Shown: positions 28,713 through 41,324 of the stretch, piece after piece
How the letters are laid out: the number at the start of each line of letters is the position of its first letter
Position numbering within the stretch: position 1 is the first letter of the stretch
NCBI GenBank assembly: GCA_963695875.1
Contig: CAVOID010000003.1
Location: 96,001-160,000, forward strand
Source of the DNA: an uncultured delta proteobacterium
GTDB taxonomy: Bacteria; Desulfobacterota; Syntrophia; Syntrophales; UBA2185
DNA length: 64,000 nucleotides
Direction: 5' to 3'
Notes under the pieces: generated by a model
The model's input: only the letters and a program-made list of their open reading frames with translations
Told to the model about the DNA's origin: nothing
Database searches by the model: none
Translations under genes and position numbers: made by a program

Positions 28713-31235
28713 TCACGTCACATCTTCCTGGTCGCCCGTGTCTAATTCCAGCTCGTTCACGGCTTCTTCCATTTCATCTTCCACAGCGAGTCCATTTTCT
28801 CTTGCTTCTATTTCCCTCTCGGCCCGGGCCACACCGACCAGTTTTTCCTCGGGATCAATCTCGATCAGCCTCACACCTTGGGTACTCCTGTGAAGGAGAG
28901 GCACTTCTTCAACCTTCAATCGTATGATCTTTCCGGCATTGCTTATCAGCACTATGTCTTCATCGCCCGTAACCTGGAGAACCCCCGAGACATTTCCTAC
29001 CTTGGTAACTGTTTTAAGATTGATGACTCCCTGACCTCCCCTGTTCTGCTGCCGATATTCCTCCACAGCCGTTCGCTTGCCGTAGCCGTTTTCGGAAACG
29101 GTTATAATTGAATTGCCCTCCGTCGGAATCTCCATCCCGACCACGGCATCGTCATCATCCATGCGGATTCCAATAACGCCTCGCGCTGTTCTTCCCATAT
29201 CCCGCACATCTTCTTCATGGAAACGGATTGATTGCCCTTTTCGCGTCCCCAAAAAGATGTCCTGATCACCCATCGTCAATTGAACGTCGATGAGATCATC
29301 CCCCTCATCTATTGTGACGGCAATAATCCCTCCGGATCGCGGATTGGAATAAGCCTCCAGCTCCGTCTTCTTGATTATGCCCCGTTTCGTAACCATGACC
29401 ACGGACTTGCCCTCAGTGAACTCTTTGACCGGGAGGACGGACGCAACCCGTTCCTCCGGCGACAGATTGACGAGATTGACGATGGCCTTTCCTTTCGACG
29501 CCCGCCCGGCCTGGGGTATCTGGTAAACCTTCAGCCAGTAAACGCGCCCCACGTTCGTAAAGATCAGGATATATTGATGAGTAGAGGCGATAAATATCTT
29601 CTCGACAAAATCCTCCTCTTTGGTCCCCATACCGACTTTTCCCTTGCCGCCCCGCCGCTGGCTCCTGTAGAGGCTGACGGGGTTCCTTTTTATGTAACCA
29701 TAGTGAGACACTGTCACCACCATATCCTCTTCCACAATCATATCTTCGATATCAATATCTTCCACGCGCTCAACGATCTCTGTGCGTCTCTCATCACCAT
29801 ACTTTTTCCTGATCTCCTCCAACTCCGCCACGATGATATCAAGGACTTTCTGCGGATCGTCCAGGATGCCCTGCAATGTCTTGATCAGCCGGGAAAGTTC
29901 CGCGTATTCATCATCGATCTTGTCCCGTTCGAGACCTGTCAATCTCTGCAGACGCATGTCCAGGATGGCCCGCGCCTGGATCTCCGTAAGACCAAACTTC
30001 TCGCAAAGCGCCTGCGCGGCTTCCTGGGGGTTTTTTGATTTCTTGATGAGCTGAACCACAGCATCGATATTGTTGAGGGCAATGATCAGCCCTTCCAGGA
30101 TATGGGCCCTCTCTTTCGCTTTGCGAAGCTCAAAGATTGTTCTCCTGGTGATGACCTCCCTGCGGAAGTCCACAAATTTCTGAAGAACCTCCTTCAGATT
30201 GAGAACCCTCGGTTGGTTGCGGTCAATCGCCAGCATGATTACCCCGAAGTTCGTCTCCATCTGCGTATGCTTATAGAGCTGGTTGAGGATCACGCCGGAA
30301 GGTTCATCCTTCTTCAGGTCTACAACGATCCGGATGCCATCCCTGTCCGACTCGTCCCGAAGATCGGAGATTCCTTCCATCCTCTTCTCTTTCACCAGCT
30401 CGGAAATCTTTTCGATCAGATTTGCTTTGTTCACGAGGTAAGGGAGTTCCGTAATGATGATACTCTCCCTGTCATTCCTCGCGTTCCTCTCGATGATCGC
30501 CCTCGCCCTCATGCGGATGGAGCCCCTTCCCGTCCTGTACGCGGAGATAATTCCATCCCTGCCGTTAATGAACCCGGCTGTCGGGAAATCGGGGCCTTTG
30601 ATATGGAACATCAGTCCTTCGATCGTGATCTCCGGATTGCGGATCAAGGCAATCGTCCCGTCGATGAGCTCGCTTAAGTTATGCGGCGGGATGTTAGTGG
30701 CCACACCCACGGCAATCCCGGAAGTGCCGTTCAGCAGAAGCGCGGGAAGTCGCGCGGGCAGGACCGTCGGTTCCTGCATGGAGGCATCGTAATTGGGTAC
30801 AAAATCAACCGTTTCCTTTTCCAGGTCGGCGAGCATTTCCTCTGCGAGCCTCGCCATCCTTATCTCCGTGTATCTCATCGCCGCAGGCGGGTCTCCGTCG
30901 ACGCTGCCGAAATTTCCCTGCCCATCAATCAGGGGGTAACGCATGGAGAAGTCCTGTGCCATCCGGACGAGGGTGTCATAGGCAGCGGTATCGCCGTGGG
31001 GGTGATACTTACCGATGATATCCCCGACGATCCTGGCAGATTTCTTATAAGCCTTGTTCCAGACATTCCCCATTTCCGACATGGCGTAGAGAACCCGGCG
31101 ATGGACCGGCTTCATACCGTCCCGGACGTCCGGTATAGCACGGCCGATGATCACGCTCATGGCGTAATCCATGTAGGATTTTTTCATTTCATCTTCGATA
31201 TTGATGGGTATGTTCTTCTGGAAAAGCTCCTCCAT
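28713..31235 (-). CDS. gyrA: DNA gyrase subunit A
   Basis: [24 protein letters not shown], GyrA box QRRGGKG, C-terminal pinwheel repeats. Confidence 0.98.
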   Translation of the reverse strand: MEELFQKNIPINIEDEMKKSYMDYAMSVIIGRAIPDVRDGMKPVHRRVLYAMSEMGNVWNKAYKKSARIVGDIIGKYHPHGDTAAYDTLVRMAQDFSMRYPLIDGQGNFGSVDGDPPAAMRYTEIRMARLAEEMLADLEKETVDFVPNYDASMQEPTVLPARLPALLLNGTSGIAVGVATNIPPHNLSELIDGTIALIRNPEITIEGLMFHIKGPDFPTAGFINGRDGIISAYRTGRGSIRMRARAIIERNARNDRESIIITELPYLVNKANLIEKISELVKEKRMEGISDLRDESDRDGIRIVVDLKKDEPSGVILNQLYKHTQMETNFGVIMLAIDRNQPRVLNLKEVLQKFVDFRREVITRRTIFELRKAKERAHILEGLIIALNNIDAVVQLIKKSKNPQEAAQALCEKFGLTEIQARAILDMRLQRLTGLERDKIDDEYAELSRLIKTLQGILDDPQKVLDIIVAELEEIRKKYGDERRTEIVERVEDIDIEDMIVEEDMVVTVSHYGYIKRNPVSLYRSQRRGGKGKVGMGTKEEDFVEKIFIASTHQYILIFTNVGRVYWLKVYQIPQAGRASKGKAIVNLVNLSPEERVASVLPVKEFTEGKSVVMVTKRGIIKKTELEAYSNPRSGGIIAVTIDEGDDLIDVQLTMGDQDIFLGTRKGQSIRFHEEDVRDMGRTARGVIGIRMDDDDAVVGMEIPTEGNSIITVSENGYGKRTAVEEYRQQNRGGQGVINLKTVTKVGNVSGVLQVTGDEDIVLISNAGKIIRLKVEEVPLLHRSTQGVRLIEIDPEEKLVGVARAEREIEARENGLAVEDEMEEAVNELELDTGDQEDVT

Positions 31236-31493
31236 AATTTTCAAGCCCTCATTGCGTATTTTTGCTTAAAAAAACACTTGTAATATCAACCATTAATATA
31301 GTAGACATTTTGAGAGAATTTATACCATTTTTTGTCGAATAAGTCGCGTTATTTTTTAATTTTTTGACGGGTCAAAATGCAGCAAAATCTCACACGATAT
31401 CCCTAAAAGTTGAGAGGGAAAGGCAACGTGAGTCAGAGAGGTGAACCCTGCACAAAACCATAGATTAATCCTCTTTAAGGATAAGGAGCCCCC

Positions 31494-31518
31494 ATCAATC
31501 AGGGTTTCCCTGATTGAT
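31494..31518. promoter_or_regulatory. Perfect 11-bp inverted repeat upstream of the efflux operon, candidate operator
   Basis: atcaatcaggg-ttt-ccctgattgat. Confidence 0.5.
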
Positions 31519-31633
31519 CGATACGTGAATTAGCGTTAACCAAAATAATAATTATTTTATTACAGGAAAACCCAACTATCACCGCTGGTTCGTGTGGACG
31601 CAACGGACACCGGTAGAGTCCCGAGGTGAGGAT

Positions 31634-33148
31634 GTGAGATGCGATTTAGTTCTAAGATTGGCAGCTTCAATAGCGATGACAGTTTGGGCATTGGCCGGTT
31701 GCGCGGTCGGTCCCGATTTCCGGACGCCCCCGGCCCCGACAACAAATGTCTATACGGCAGAGGAGCTGCCTGCCAAAACCGCCGCCGCAACGGGTCTGGC
31801 TGGTACAGCGCAACGATTCGCCTCCGGTCAGGACATACCTGGGGAGTGGTGGACGCTATTTCAATCCGACACACTTGACCGGTTGATCCGGCAGGCGCTG
31901 GCAGACAGTCCGACGCTTGCAGCGGCGAAGGCAAAGCTGCGCGAGGCCGAAGAGAACCGGCGGGCCGGATTGGGGGCGCTTTTCCCCAGCATAGACGCTA
32001 ACGCCTCCGCCAGCCGTCAGAAAATATCGGGAGCATCAATCGGTCAGCCGGATGCCGATATCGGTACCTTCAATCTTTTCAATGCGTCCGTCAATGTCTC
32101 GTATGCCCTCGATCTCTTTGGCGGCACACGGCGGGCTCTGGAATCATTGCAATCGCAGATCGACTACCAAAAGTTTCAACTAGAGGGCGCATATCTCACA
32201 CTTACGTCCAATATCGTTACAACAGCGGTGCGGGAGGCTTCTCTGCGCGCCCAGATTATAGCAACGCAGAAGATTCTGGCCTTCCAGGAGAAGCAGCTTG
32301 GTGTGGTGGAAAGTCAGTTCCGGCTCGGCGGCGTATCACGCTCCGATGTACTCGCGCAGAAGACGCAACTTGCACAGACGCAGGCGACACTGCCGCCACT
32401 GGAAAGAGATTTAGCGCAGACGCGTCACCTGCTGGCGGTACTCACCGGCAGATTGCCAAATGAAGCGGCAGGACTTCCTGAGTTCAGCCTCGAGGAGATT
32501 GAACTGCCGGAAGAGCTGCCTGTGAGCCTGCCATCATCCCTCGTGCGTCAGCGTCCGGATATCGCCGCCTCAGAAGCGCTCTTTCACGCGGCATGCGCGG
32601 AGGTAGGTGTAGCAACGGCATACCTCTATCCGCAAATAACACTGACCGGTAGTTACGGCTTTGCAGCGGCCAATGCCGGCGATCTATTCAACAGTAACTC
32701 AGTCGTTTGGAATCTCGGCGCGGGGTTGTTGCAGCCCATCTTCCATGGGGGGACTCTAACTGCCAAGCGCCGCGCCGCTATTGCCGCTTACGATCAAGCC
32801 GCGGCGCAATATCGCGTCACAGTATTACAGGCATTTCAGAACGTGGCCGATGTACTGCGCGCCCTGGAGGCGGACGCGCGCTCCCTGAAGGCGCAGGCGG
32901 ACGCGGATGCGGCCGCGCGCGACACCCTCGACCTTACACAGAAGGAGTTCCAATTCGGCGCCGTGAGTTATCTCTCTCTGTTGAATGCCGAGCGCCAGTA
33001 CCAGCAGTCACAGATCGGCCTGATTCAAGCTCAGGCTGCGCGCTATGCCGACACGGCGGCGCTGTTCCAGGCCCTCGGCGGCGGGTGGTGGAATCGTGCT
33101 ATGGATAACAGTACGGCTCAAGGACAAAAGGAGAGTAATGCTAAATGA
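31634..33148 (+). CDS. RND efflux outer-membrane lipoprotein (NodT/OprM family)
   Basis: Lipobox LAGC-AVGPDF, WWTLF, RQRPDI, LFQALGGGWW. Confidence 0.93.
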   Translation: MRCDLVLRLAASIAMTVWALAGCAVGPDFRTPPAPTTNVYTAEELPAKTAAATGLAGTAQRFASGQDIPGEWWTLFQSDTLDRLIRQALADSPTLAAAKAKLREAEENRRAGLGALFPSIDANASASRQKISGASIGQPDADIGTFNLFNASVNVSYALDLFGGTRRALESLQSQIDYQKFQLEGAYLTLTSNIVTTAVREASLRAQIIATQKILAFQEKQLGVVESQFRLGGVSRSDVLAQKTQLAQTQATLPPLERDLAQTRHLLAVLTGRLPNEAAGLPEFSLEEIELPEELPVSLPSSLVRQRPDIAASEALFHAACAEVGVATAYLYPQITLTGSYGFAAANAGDLFNSNSVVWNLGAGLLQPIFHGGTLTAKRRAAIAAYDQAAAQYRVTVLQAFQNVADVLRALEADARSLKAQADADAAARDTLDLTQKEFQFGAVSYLSLLNAERQYQQSQIGLIQAQAARYADTAALFQALGGGWWNRAMDNSTAQGQKESNAK

Positions 33149-34276
33149 AGAAGCGGATGTTAATCATGCTGGTGGCCGTCGGCCTTCTTGTTCGGCGCCG
33201 TTTTTGGTTACAAGGCCTTCCAGGCGCAGATGAACAAAAGATTCATGGCGTCCCATCAGATGCCGCCGGTAACCGTCTCCGCGATAAAGGCGGAAGTCCA
33301 TCCCTGGCAGCCGCAGCTCAAGGCTGTGGGCAGCCTGCGCGCTGTGCGCGGGGTAGATGTAACCAGCGAGATTTCCGGTCTCGTACGGACCCTGCATTTC
33401 AAAGCGGGTGATGAGGTCCGGGAGGGTCATCTTCTTGTCCGGCTCAACGCCGATGCGGATCTAGCACAGCTGCGTTCTCTTGAAGCTGCGGCCGAATTGG
33501 CCAACACGGTCTATGAGCGCGATAAAAAGCAATTCGCCGTGCAGGCCATAAGCCAGGCGACGCTGGACGCTGACGCCGCCGATCTCAAGAGCAAACGTGC
33601 CCAGGTGGCGCAACAGAGGGCAGTGGTCGACAAAAAGACCATTCGCGCACCCTTTGCGGGCCGGCTTGGCATCAGCACTGTGAACCCCGGCCAGTATATG
33701 AATCCGGGAGACAAGATCGTCACCCTTCAATCACTATCATCCGTCTATGTCGACTTTTTTCTGCCGCAGCAGGAGCTTTCGCGCGTTTCACTCGGGCAGA
33801 AAGTTGTCGTTTCCTCCGACACTTATCCCGGCCGTACTTTCACCGGCAAGATAACGACTATCAATCCAAAGGTGGAAACGGATTCACGCAACGTCCAGGT
33901 CGAGGCAACCATCAACAATCTCCGGCACGAGCTTTTCCCGGGAATGTATGTATCGGTCGAGGTTAAGGCCGGGAAGGAGGAACGTTATCTGACCCTGCCA
34001 CAGACTGCCGTGACTTACAACCCTTATGGGGAAACCGTATACATTATCGAGGAGAGCGGGAAGGGCCCGGACGGCAGCCCGATTTTGACAGCCAAGCAGA
34101 CCTTTGTAGCCTTGGGCCCCACTCGCGGTGATCAGGTGGCAGTTCTTAAGGGAATCAAGGAAGGAGATATCGTGGTTACAAGCGGCCAACTCAAGCTTAA
34201 GTCCGGCAGCACGGTAATTATCAACAACCAGGTGCGGCCGAGCAATGACGCAGCCCCCCAGCCGGTAGACGAGTAG
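33145..34276 (+). CDS. RND periplasmic adaptor (MexH/MexV-like), indel near 33185
   Basis: AVGSLRAVRGV, IRAPFAGRLG, LFPGMY, VVTSGQLKL; N-terminus in ORF 33145. Confidence 0.9.
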
Positions 34277-34291
34277 CGTGGAAGGTGCCAG

Positions 34292-37200
34292 ATGCGCTTC
34301 ACTGATCTGTTCATACGACGTCCGGTGCTTGCCACCGTCGTCAGCCTGCTGATTCTCGTACTGGGACTGCGCTCCATAGGATTGCTCCAGGTGCGGGAAT
34401 ATCCGATGACGCAGAACGCGGTGGTCACCGTTGCGACTTTCTATACTGGCGCCGACCCATCTCTGGTCGCAGGCTTTATTACCACCCCTCTGGAAAATTC
34501 CATTGCCCAGGCCAACGGTATCGACTATCTGACTTCTTCCAGCACGCAGAGCCAGAGCATAATCCAGGCAAGCCTGCGTCTGAACTATGATCCAAACAAG
34601 GCGCTAACCGAGATTAATACCAAGGTCAATGCCGTGCTTAATCAATTGCCGAAAGATTCGCAGCAGCCGGTGCTGTCCGTGGCTATCGGCGAGACCATCG
34701 ATTCGATGTATATCAGGCTTTTATAGCAAGATACTCCCGACAAACAAGATCACCGACTATCTGATCCGCGTAGTGCAGCCAAAGCTCCAGGCCGTCGACG
34801 GTGTGCAGACTGCCGAGGTTCTCGGCAAACGCACATTTGCACTCAGGGCGTGGCTCGATCCCAGGAAAATGGCTGCCTACGGTGTGACAGGCACGGACAT
34901 AAGCAACGCCCTCGCTAACAACGACTTTATTTCCGCCGTGGGGCGCACACAGGGGCAGATGGTTACTGTGGATCTAACCGCCGATACAAGCCTGCACTCG
35001 GTGGATGAGTTTCGCAATCTTGTAATCAAGTCACTAAACGGTGCGATCGTCCGTCTGGGCGATATTGCCAACGTCACCCTCGGCTCGGAGGACTACGATA
35101 CGGCGGTGTCCTTTGATGGCGACAGCGCCGTCTACATCGGTATTCAGGTGGCGCCAACCGCGAATCTGCTCACGGTGATCGACGGCGTGCGCAAGGCATT
35201 TCCTCCGATAGAGCAGCAGTTGCCCGAAGGGCTCAACGGACGCATTGTCTATGACGCCACCAAGTATGTGAACAGTTCGATTAATGAAGTTATCAGCACA
35301 TTGGTAAAGTCTTTCGTAATCGTGACCGTGGTTATTTTCCTTTTCCTGTGCTCGGTGCGGTCGGTTATTATTCCCACGATCGCGATGCCACTTTCGCTGA
35401 TCGGGGCATTCTTCATCATGCTGGTGCTCGGCTACACCATCAACCTGCTGACACTGCTCGCTCTGGTGCTGGCGATCGGCCTTGTCGTGGACGACGCGAT
35501 AATCGTCGTGGAAAACGCGCACCGCCACATAGAGGACGGCGCGGAGCCCATGCAGGCGGCGATTCAAGGCACGCGCGAACTTGCCGGACCTATAATCGCG
35601 ATTTCCGTGGTGCTGATCGCGGTGTATGTACCGATCGGGTTCATGGGCGGTCTCACCGGGGCTCTGTTTACCGAGTTTGCTTACACACTGGCAGGTACCG
35701 TGGCCGTGTCGGCGATCATCGCTCTCACGCTTTCACCGATGATGTGCTCGCGCCTTCTCGAAACATCAGGAGATTGTGAGCGGCACCGCTTCATGGGTTT
35801 CGTCGACCGGCAATTCAGACGAATGCGCAGCGGCTATGAACGCCTGTTGCGAGGCGCCCTCAACTACCTGCCGGTGACGGGAGTATTCGCATTGATCATC
35901 CTGGCCAGCAATTATTTTCTGTTCACCACCTCAAAAAGCGAACTCGCACCGCAGGAAGATCAGGGGATCATCATCTCACTTATCACCGCGGCTCCTAATG
36001 CTTCACTGCAGCATACGCAACTCTATTCGAAGGAGCTATACAAGATCATCAGCAGCTACCCGGAGACTGATCATGTGTTTCAGCTTGACGGCATCAGCGG
36101 GCTCAACAGCGGCGTCGCAGGCATGGTCATGAAGCCATGGGACGAGCGCAAGCGCACATCCATGGAGTTGCAGCCCGACGTACAGAGACGGCTTGGTGAG
36201 CTCTCGGGCGTGCAGGCAGTTGCTTTCCTTCGTCCGCCGCTGCCCGGGGCAGGAAGAGGCCTGCCTGTGCAGTTTGTGATCGGCACTACGGAATCATATG
36301 AACGGCTGGACGAAGTGTCGCAGGCATTGATAGCCAAGGCCAGGGCAAGCGGCGTGTACGCCTTCGTGGATACCGATCTGAAAATCGACAAGCCGCAGAC
36401 AACAGTCGAAATCAATCGCGACAAGACAGCCCTCTTGGGCCTTACGATGCGCGACGTCGGTGGATCGCTGGGATGGATGCTGGGAGGCGGCTATGTCAAT
36501 TACTTCAGCCTTGCCGGGCGATCATACAAGGTCATTCCCCAGGTGATGCAGCGTGACCGGCTTAATGCCGGACAATTGCCCGACTATTACATCAATACCG
36601 CAAGCGGCGTGCCTGTTCCGGTGTCGACCGTCACACGTCTCAAGACGGAGGTTGTACCGGAAGCGATAAACCATTTCCAGCAGCTGAACGCGGCGACAAT
36701 CTCGGCAGTGCCAGCCCCTGGAATCACCCTGGGTGAAGCATTAGATACTCTTAGAAACCTGGCGAAGGATGTTCTTCCCCAGGGCTACAGTATCGATTAC
36801 AGCGGCCAGTCGCGGCAGTTTATGCAGGAGTCAAGCGCCCTGATCGTCACATTCTTTTTTGCACTGATCATAATTTTTCTCTCCCTGGCGGCCTTGTTCG
36901 AAAGCTTCCGCGATCCCTTCATCGTGCTTGTGAGCGTGCCTATGTCTATCTGCGGAGCGATGATCTTCATCAGCCTTGGTGTTGGCCAGGCGAGTCTGAA
37001 CATTTACACAGAGGTGGGTCTGGTGACGCTGATCGGTCTTATCAGCAAGCACGGCATACTGATCGTCCAGTTCGCCAACGATCTGCAGCGTGAAGGGAAA
37101 GGCAAGCGTGAGGCCGTGGAGATGGCCGCGGGTATCCGCCTGCGTCCGATACTGATGACTACGGCGGCGATGGTCCTGGGCGTACTGCCGCTGGTAACGG

Positions 37201-37373
37201 CCTCCGGCGCGGGCGCGGTGGGCCGTTTCAACATGGGGCTGGTCATCATGACTGGTATTGCAATCGGTACGCTTTTCACCCTGTTCGTGGTGCCGGCGAT
37301 GTATATGTTTCTTGCTACTGATCACGCCAAGAAGCGGGCGGGTGAAGGAGGGCAATTAGAGGCCGGTAGATGA
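34292..37373 (+). CDS. RND efflux permease (AcrB family, MexW/MexI-like), frameshift near 34715
   Basis: FIRRPVLA, IGLVVDDAIIVVEN, GLISKHGILIV, RLRPILMTT. Confidence 0.93.
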
Positions 37374-37446
37374 AGCCGCGGAGTCATTCGTATTTAAGCT
37401 GTCTCTCCGGGTATGATTATTTAAATATGTCTGAGGAGCCTCTGAC

Positions 37447-38197
37447 GTGAGCGTTAGATATCTGTTAACAGTCCATTCTCTGCATTTCATTCTTTGGCTG
37501 CGCGCTTTTCTACACCACAAAGAAACCCATAGATACAATCTATTATGTCACAGGAAAAGCACCGTCCGATAGCCTCATAGTTATGCTTCCCGGAGGTGGG
37601 GATGAACCTGCTGATTTTATGAGAAACGGATTCATCAAGGCGATACAAGACTCCGGAATCCACGCTGATGCAATCGCAGTGGATGCGAATCTTGGATACT
37701 ATTTTAAAAGAAATCTCCTTCCTCGTCTCCATGAAGACGTCATTATTCCCGCCAGGCAGAAAGGATATAAAAATATCTGGTTATTAGGCATATCCATGGG
37801 TGGATTAGGCGCGATGATCTATGCAAAACATTATCCCGATCACATAAACGGATTAGTCCTGCTCGCGCCATTTCTAGGATATCCGGGAGTGGTCAATGAG
37901 ATTGCCGATGCCGGCGGGCTTTCCAGATGGTCTCCACAGGAGCCGATAGACAAAGACGATTACGAGCATGATCTCTGGAAATGGCTGAAGGGTTATACAA
38001 GACCTGAAGAAAACCATCCCCGCCTTGTGATCGGATACGGCACAGAAGATAAATTCGCCGCAGGATCTGCTCTGCTCGCGGAAGTCTTGCCAAAGGATCA
38101 GGTATACATAGTACAGGGCAGACATGACTGGGAAACCTGGGGCAGGATATTTGATTTGATCTTGAAGTCGGGAGCTATCTCCGGCAGTGACAGATAG
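37447..38197 (+). CDS. Alpha/beta hydrolase, probable lipoprotein (indel in the signal region)
   Basis: GISMGG nucleophile elbow, GRHDW; FFGC lipobox in frame upstream of the called ORF. Confidence 0.75.
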
Positions 38198-38306
38198 GGC
38201 AGCCCTGTAGATAGTATCCACGGAATTTTCCAATATTGTCTTTGAAAATCCCGTCCATTTCTTTATAATATATCTCCGGAACACATCTTTTTTGAAGGAG
38301 GAAGCC

Positions 38307-40106
38307 ATGGCGGAAAAATTCGTCGGTGAAAGAAATCTCAGGTTTTTGCTATATGAGGTCTTTGATGCATCCTCTCTAATTAAATATCCCCGCTATGCTG
38401 AGCACAGCCGGGAGGTCTTCGATATGATTATCGAAACAGCCCTGAAGCTGGGGAGGGATCTTTTCAAACCTACCTTGCGGGAGATGGACAAAAATCAGCC
38501 GGAATTTGTTGACGGCCGTGTAAAGGTTCATCCAAAGGTAAGAGAGATCATGAGGATTTGTGGCGACGGCGGCTGGATATCTGCCACAGCTCCCGCGGAA
38601 CTGGGCGGACAGCAACTCCCCTCCATGGTAGGCTATATCCCCATGTTCATCTACTCCGCGGCGAATTACGCGGCCAGCGTCTATCCCTACCTCACCGCCG
38701 GCGCCGCACATCTCATTTATTCTTTTGGTACGGAAGAACTGATCAATACCTATATTCCCAGCATGTATGCCGGCCAGTGGCAGGGTACGATGGCCCTCAC
38801 AGAGCCTCAGGCAGGAAGTTCATTATCTGACATCACCACTGTCGCCGCACCCACCGACCACGGGTATCACTTAATGCGGGGGCAGAAGATTTTTATCTCA
38901 ACAGGCGATCATGATGGCGTAGAAAACGTCGTGCATCTCCTCCTCGCGCGGATTGCAGGCGCGCCGGCCGGCGTGAAAGGCATTTCGCTTTTCGTCGTCC
39001 CAAAAATGCGGCCTGATGGAAATGGCGGCCTTGTCTCCAACGATGTCCATGTGACGGGTATCTACCATAAAATGGGATACCGCGGGGCGCCCATCACGCA
39101 CTTGAGTTTCGGCGATAACGGTGATTGCAGAGGCTCTCTCGTCGGACAGCCTAACCGGGGACTGCCCTACATGTTTCAGTTGATGAATGAGGCCCGCATC
39201 GCAGTGGGAATTGCGGCTACGGGTATCGCCTCCGCCGCCTATTATACGGCACTGGAATATACCCGGGAAAGGCCACAGGGAAGGCCGCTATCAACCAAAG
39301 ATCCTTTGTCTCCTCAGGTGCCCATCATCGAGCATGCTGATGTAAAACGGATGCTTCTCTTCCAGCGTGCCGTCGTTGAGGGCTCCCTTTCGCTCCTCAT
39401 GCAGTGCGGTAAATATGTCGATCTGGAGAAAGTTCTCGAAGGGGATGAGAAAGAGAAATACAACCTCCTCCTGGAAATCCTCACACCTGTGGCCAAGACC
39501 TATCCTGCAGAGATGGGAATCCTTGCCGTAAGCCAGGCCCTCCAGTGTCTCGGAGGCTACGGCTACTGTGATGAGTTCCCCCTGGAACAGCTCTATCGCG
39601 ATGCACGCATCCATCCCATCCATGAGGGAACTACAGGGATCCAGGGGCTCGACCTCCTTGGTCGCAAGGTGACGATGAAGAATGGAAAGGCAGCCATACT
39701 CCTCATCAAGGAGATGGGAGAAACTATCGCCTCGGCCAAAGAGGATCCGGAGCTGAAGCCTTATGCCCTGGAACTCGAAAAGGCGGCAGGAAAACTGCAG
39801 AAGGTAACGGCACATCTGATCGGTCTTGCCATGCAAGGAAAGATGGATCTATTCCTGGCAGACGCAACTATTTATCTGGAGTTCTTCGGCATCATAACGA
39901 TTGGCTGGCAGTGGCTCCTCCAGGCATTAGCCACACAGAAGGCCCTGCGTGAAAATCCTGCCGGAGCGGATATGAATTTCTACCAAGGGAAGCTTTATAC
40001 GTTCCGGTATTTCTTCCAATATGAACTTCCCAAAATCGAGGGCCTTGCCAAAAGCCTTCTGGCAAGCAACCGGCTGACCGTCGAGATGAAAAAAGATTTC
40101 TTCTAA
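38307..40106 (+). CDS. Acyl-CoA dehydrogenase, about 600-aa type
   Basis: TMALTEPQAGS, GQKIFIS, GISLF, MNEARI, LGGYGY, IHEGTTGIQ. Confidence 0.93.
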   Translation: MAEKFVGERNLRFLLYEVFDASSLIKYPRYAEHSREVFDMIIETALKLGRDLFKPTLREMDKNQPEFVDGRVKVHPKVREIMRICGDGGWISATAPAELGGQQLPSMVGYIPMFIYSAANYAASVYPYLTAGAAHLIYSFGTEELINTYIPSMYAGQWQGTMALTEPQAGSSLSDITTVAAPTDHGYHLMRGQKIFISTGDHDGVENVVHLLLARIAGAPAGVKGISLFVVPKMRPDGNGGLVSNDVHVTGIYHKMGYRGAPITHLSFGDNGDCRGSLVGQPNRGLPYMFQLMNEARIAVGIAATGIASAAYYTALEYTRERPQGRPLSTKDPLSPQVPIIEHADVKRMLLFQRAVVEGSLSLLMQCGKYVDLEKVLEGDEKEKYNLLLEILTPVAKTYPAEMGILAVSQALQCLGGYGYCDEFPLEQLYRDARIHPIHEGTTGIQGLDLLGRKVTMKNGKAAILLIKEMGETIASAKEDPELKPYALELEKAAGKLQKVTAHLIGLAMQGKMDLFLADATIYLEFFGIITIGWQWLLQALATQKALRENPAGADMNFYQGKLYTFRYFFQYELPKIEGLAKSLLASNRLTVEMKKDFF

Positions 40107-40115
40107 GAAAGTATC

Positions 40116-41111
40116 TCAAGACGGAATAAAATCTTCCTGCCTGACAACCCTCAGACGAATGGCATCGGCAGGGCAGATACGTGAACAGACCCCGCACCCG
40201 ATGCATAACTCCACTTCTACTTCTGCTATGTTTGACGTGTTCACACTTATGGCGTCCATGGGACAGTCATCCACGCAAATGCCACAGCCAGTGCAGGCGC
40301 TTCCTTCAACAACCGCCTGATAACGGCTGGGAACGATCATGCCCCTGCTTTCGGCTTTCTTCGCATATGGCAAGCCGATGCAGCAACAATCACAACAATT
40401 ACAGATAACCGTCCCTATGCCGGCTTTATTCTCTGTGAGATGAACGAGACCGGCTTCCTCCGCCCTCCGGAGGATCGCTTTGGCCTCCTCAGAATCTATC
40501 TTGCGTCCCGTACCGCGCTTGATTGCGTAATCCGCGCCCCTGTTAATCTGGAGGCAGACGTCAAGCGGTTTATCACATTTGCGCATAATCGTGCGGCATG
40601 GGCAGTTTGTAACAGCAAGGACAGATGCCTTCTCGACGATTCTGGCGGCGTCTTCATATGCGAGAACCTGACTTCTCGTTTCGATCTTTTCGTTGATCGG
40701 GACAACCCGGAAGAAAGGGGGTGCCTTCATGGCGGTCAACGCGGCCGGGATTTGCGGGTATTCCTCTTCCATAAATTGCCGCCAGAGATCAATCAACACT
40801 CGTGGCGCTTCGGCCCAGAGGGTAGAAGAGTCATGGAACTGTATTATATGTCTTGGCAGGCGGTAGGTGGTCTTTCCTTCCTTGATGGCTTCAAAGACCA
40901 GACCCTTATGGAATAGAAGCCGGACCATGCTGCTGATTGCTTCCGAAGTTCTTCCCAAATGCTGAGATAGTTCTTCTGTAGTCGCCGGCAAGACATTAAG
41001 TAACTCAGCCTCCTCAGGGGTACAAACGATCTTCCAGATCTCCGGAACAATGCGGGATTGTTCCGTACCAACCTTCTTCGACAGTTCCTTATATATATCA
41101 AGGTGTGACAT
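40116..41111 (-). CDS. 4Fe-4S dicluster protein with an N-terminal helix-turn-helix-like region
   Basis: CPCR, ICNCCDCCC, two C-terminal CxxCxxCxxxCP motifs. Confidence 0.85.
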   Translation of the reverse strand: MSHLDIYKELSKKVGTEQSRIVPEIWKIVCTPEEAELLNVLPATTEELSQHLGRTSEAISSMVRLLFHKGLVFEAIKEGKTTYRLPRHIIQFHDSSTLWAEAPRVLIDLWRQFMEEEYPQIPAALTAMKAPPFFRVVPINEKIETRSQVLAYEDAARIVEKASVLAVTNCPCRTIMRKCDKPLDVCLQINRGADYAIKRGTGRKIDSEEAKAILRRAEEAGLVHLTENKAGIGTVICNCCDCCCIGLPYAKKAESRGMIVPSRYQAVVEGSACTGCGICVDDCPMDAISVNTSNIAEVEVELCIGCGVCSRICPADAIRLRVVRQEDFIPS

Positions 41112-41324
41112 AGGCTCCTCCTTCCTTTCCCTTCATTTATGAATTGGAGCTATTGTAAAGGTCTTTATTCTTTACATCAACTACTTTATTTAAAATCCTC
41201 CCTTCCAGACCCTTTAGTGTTATTCCTCAACCATACCCTGCTAATTAACTTTACATAATAGATTTCTTTTGCAAATCGTGGTAACAGGGAGCAAGTAAAA
41301 GGCATCATTAAAAACACGCACACT

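Noticed and set aside
31410..31490. Possible GEMM-I cyclic-dinucleotide riboswitch (ggaaaggcaac...cacaaaacc)
   Set aside because: The P2 stem, GNRA loop and receptor could not be built; a covariance-model search would be needed to revive it
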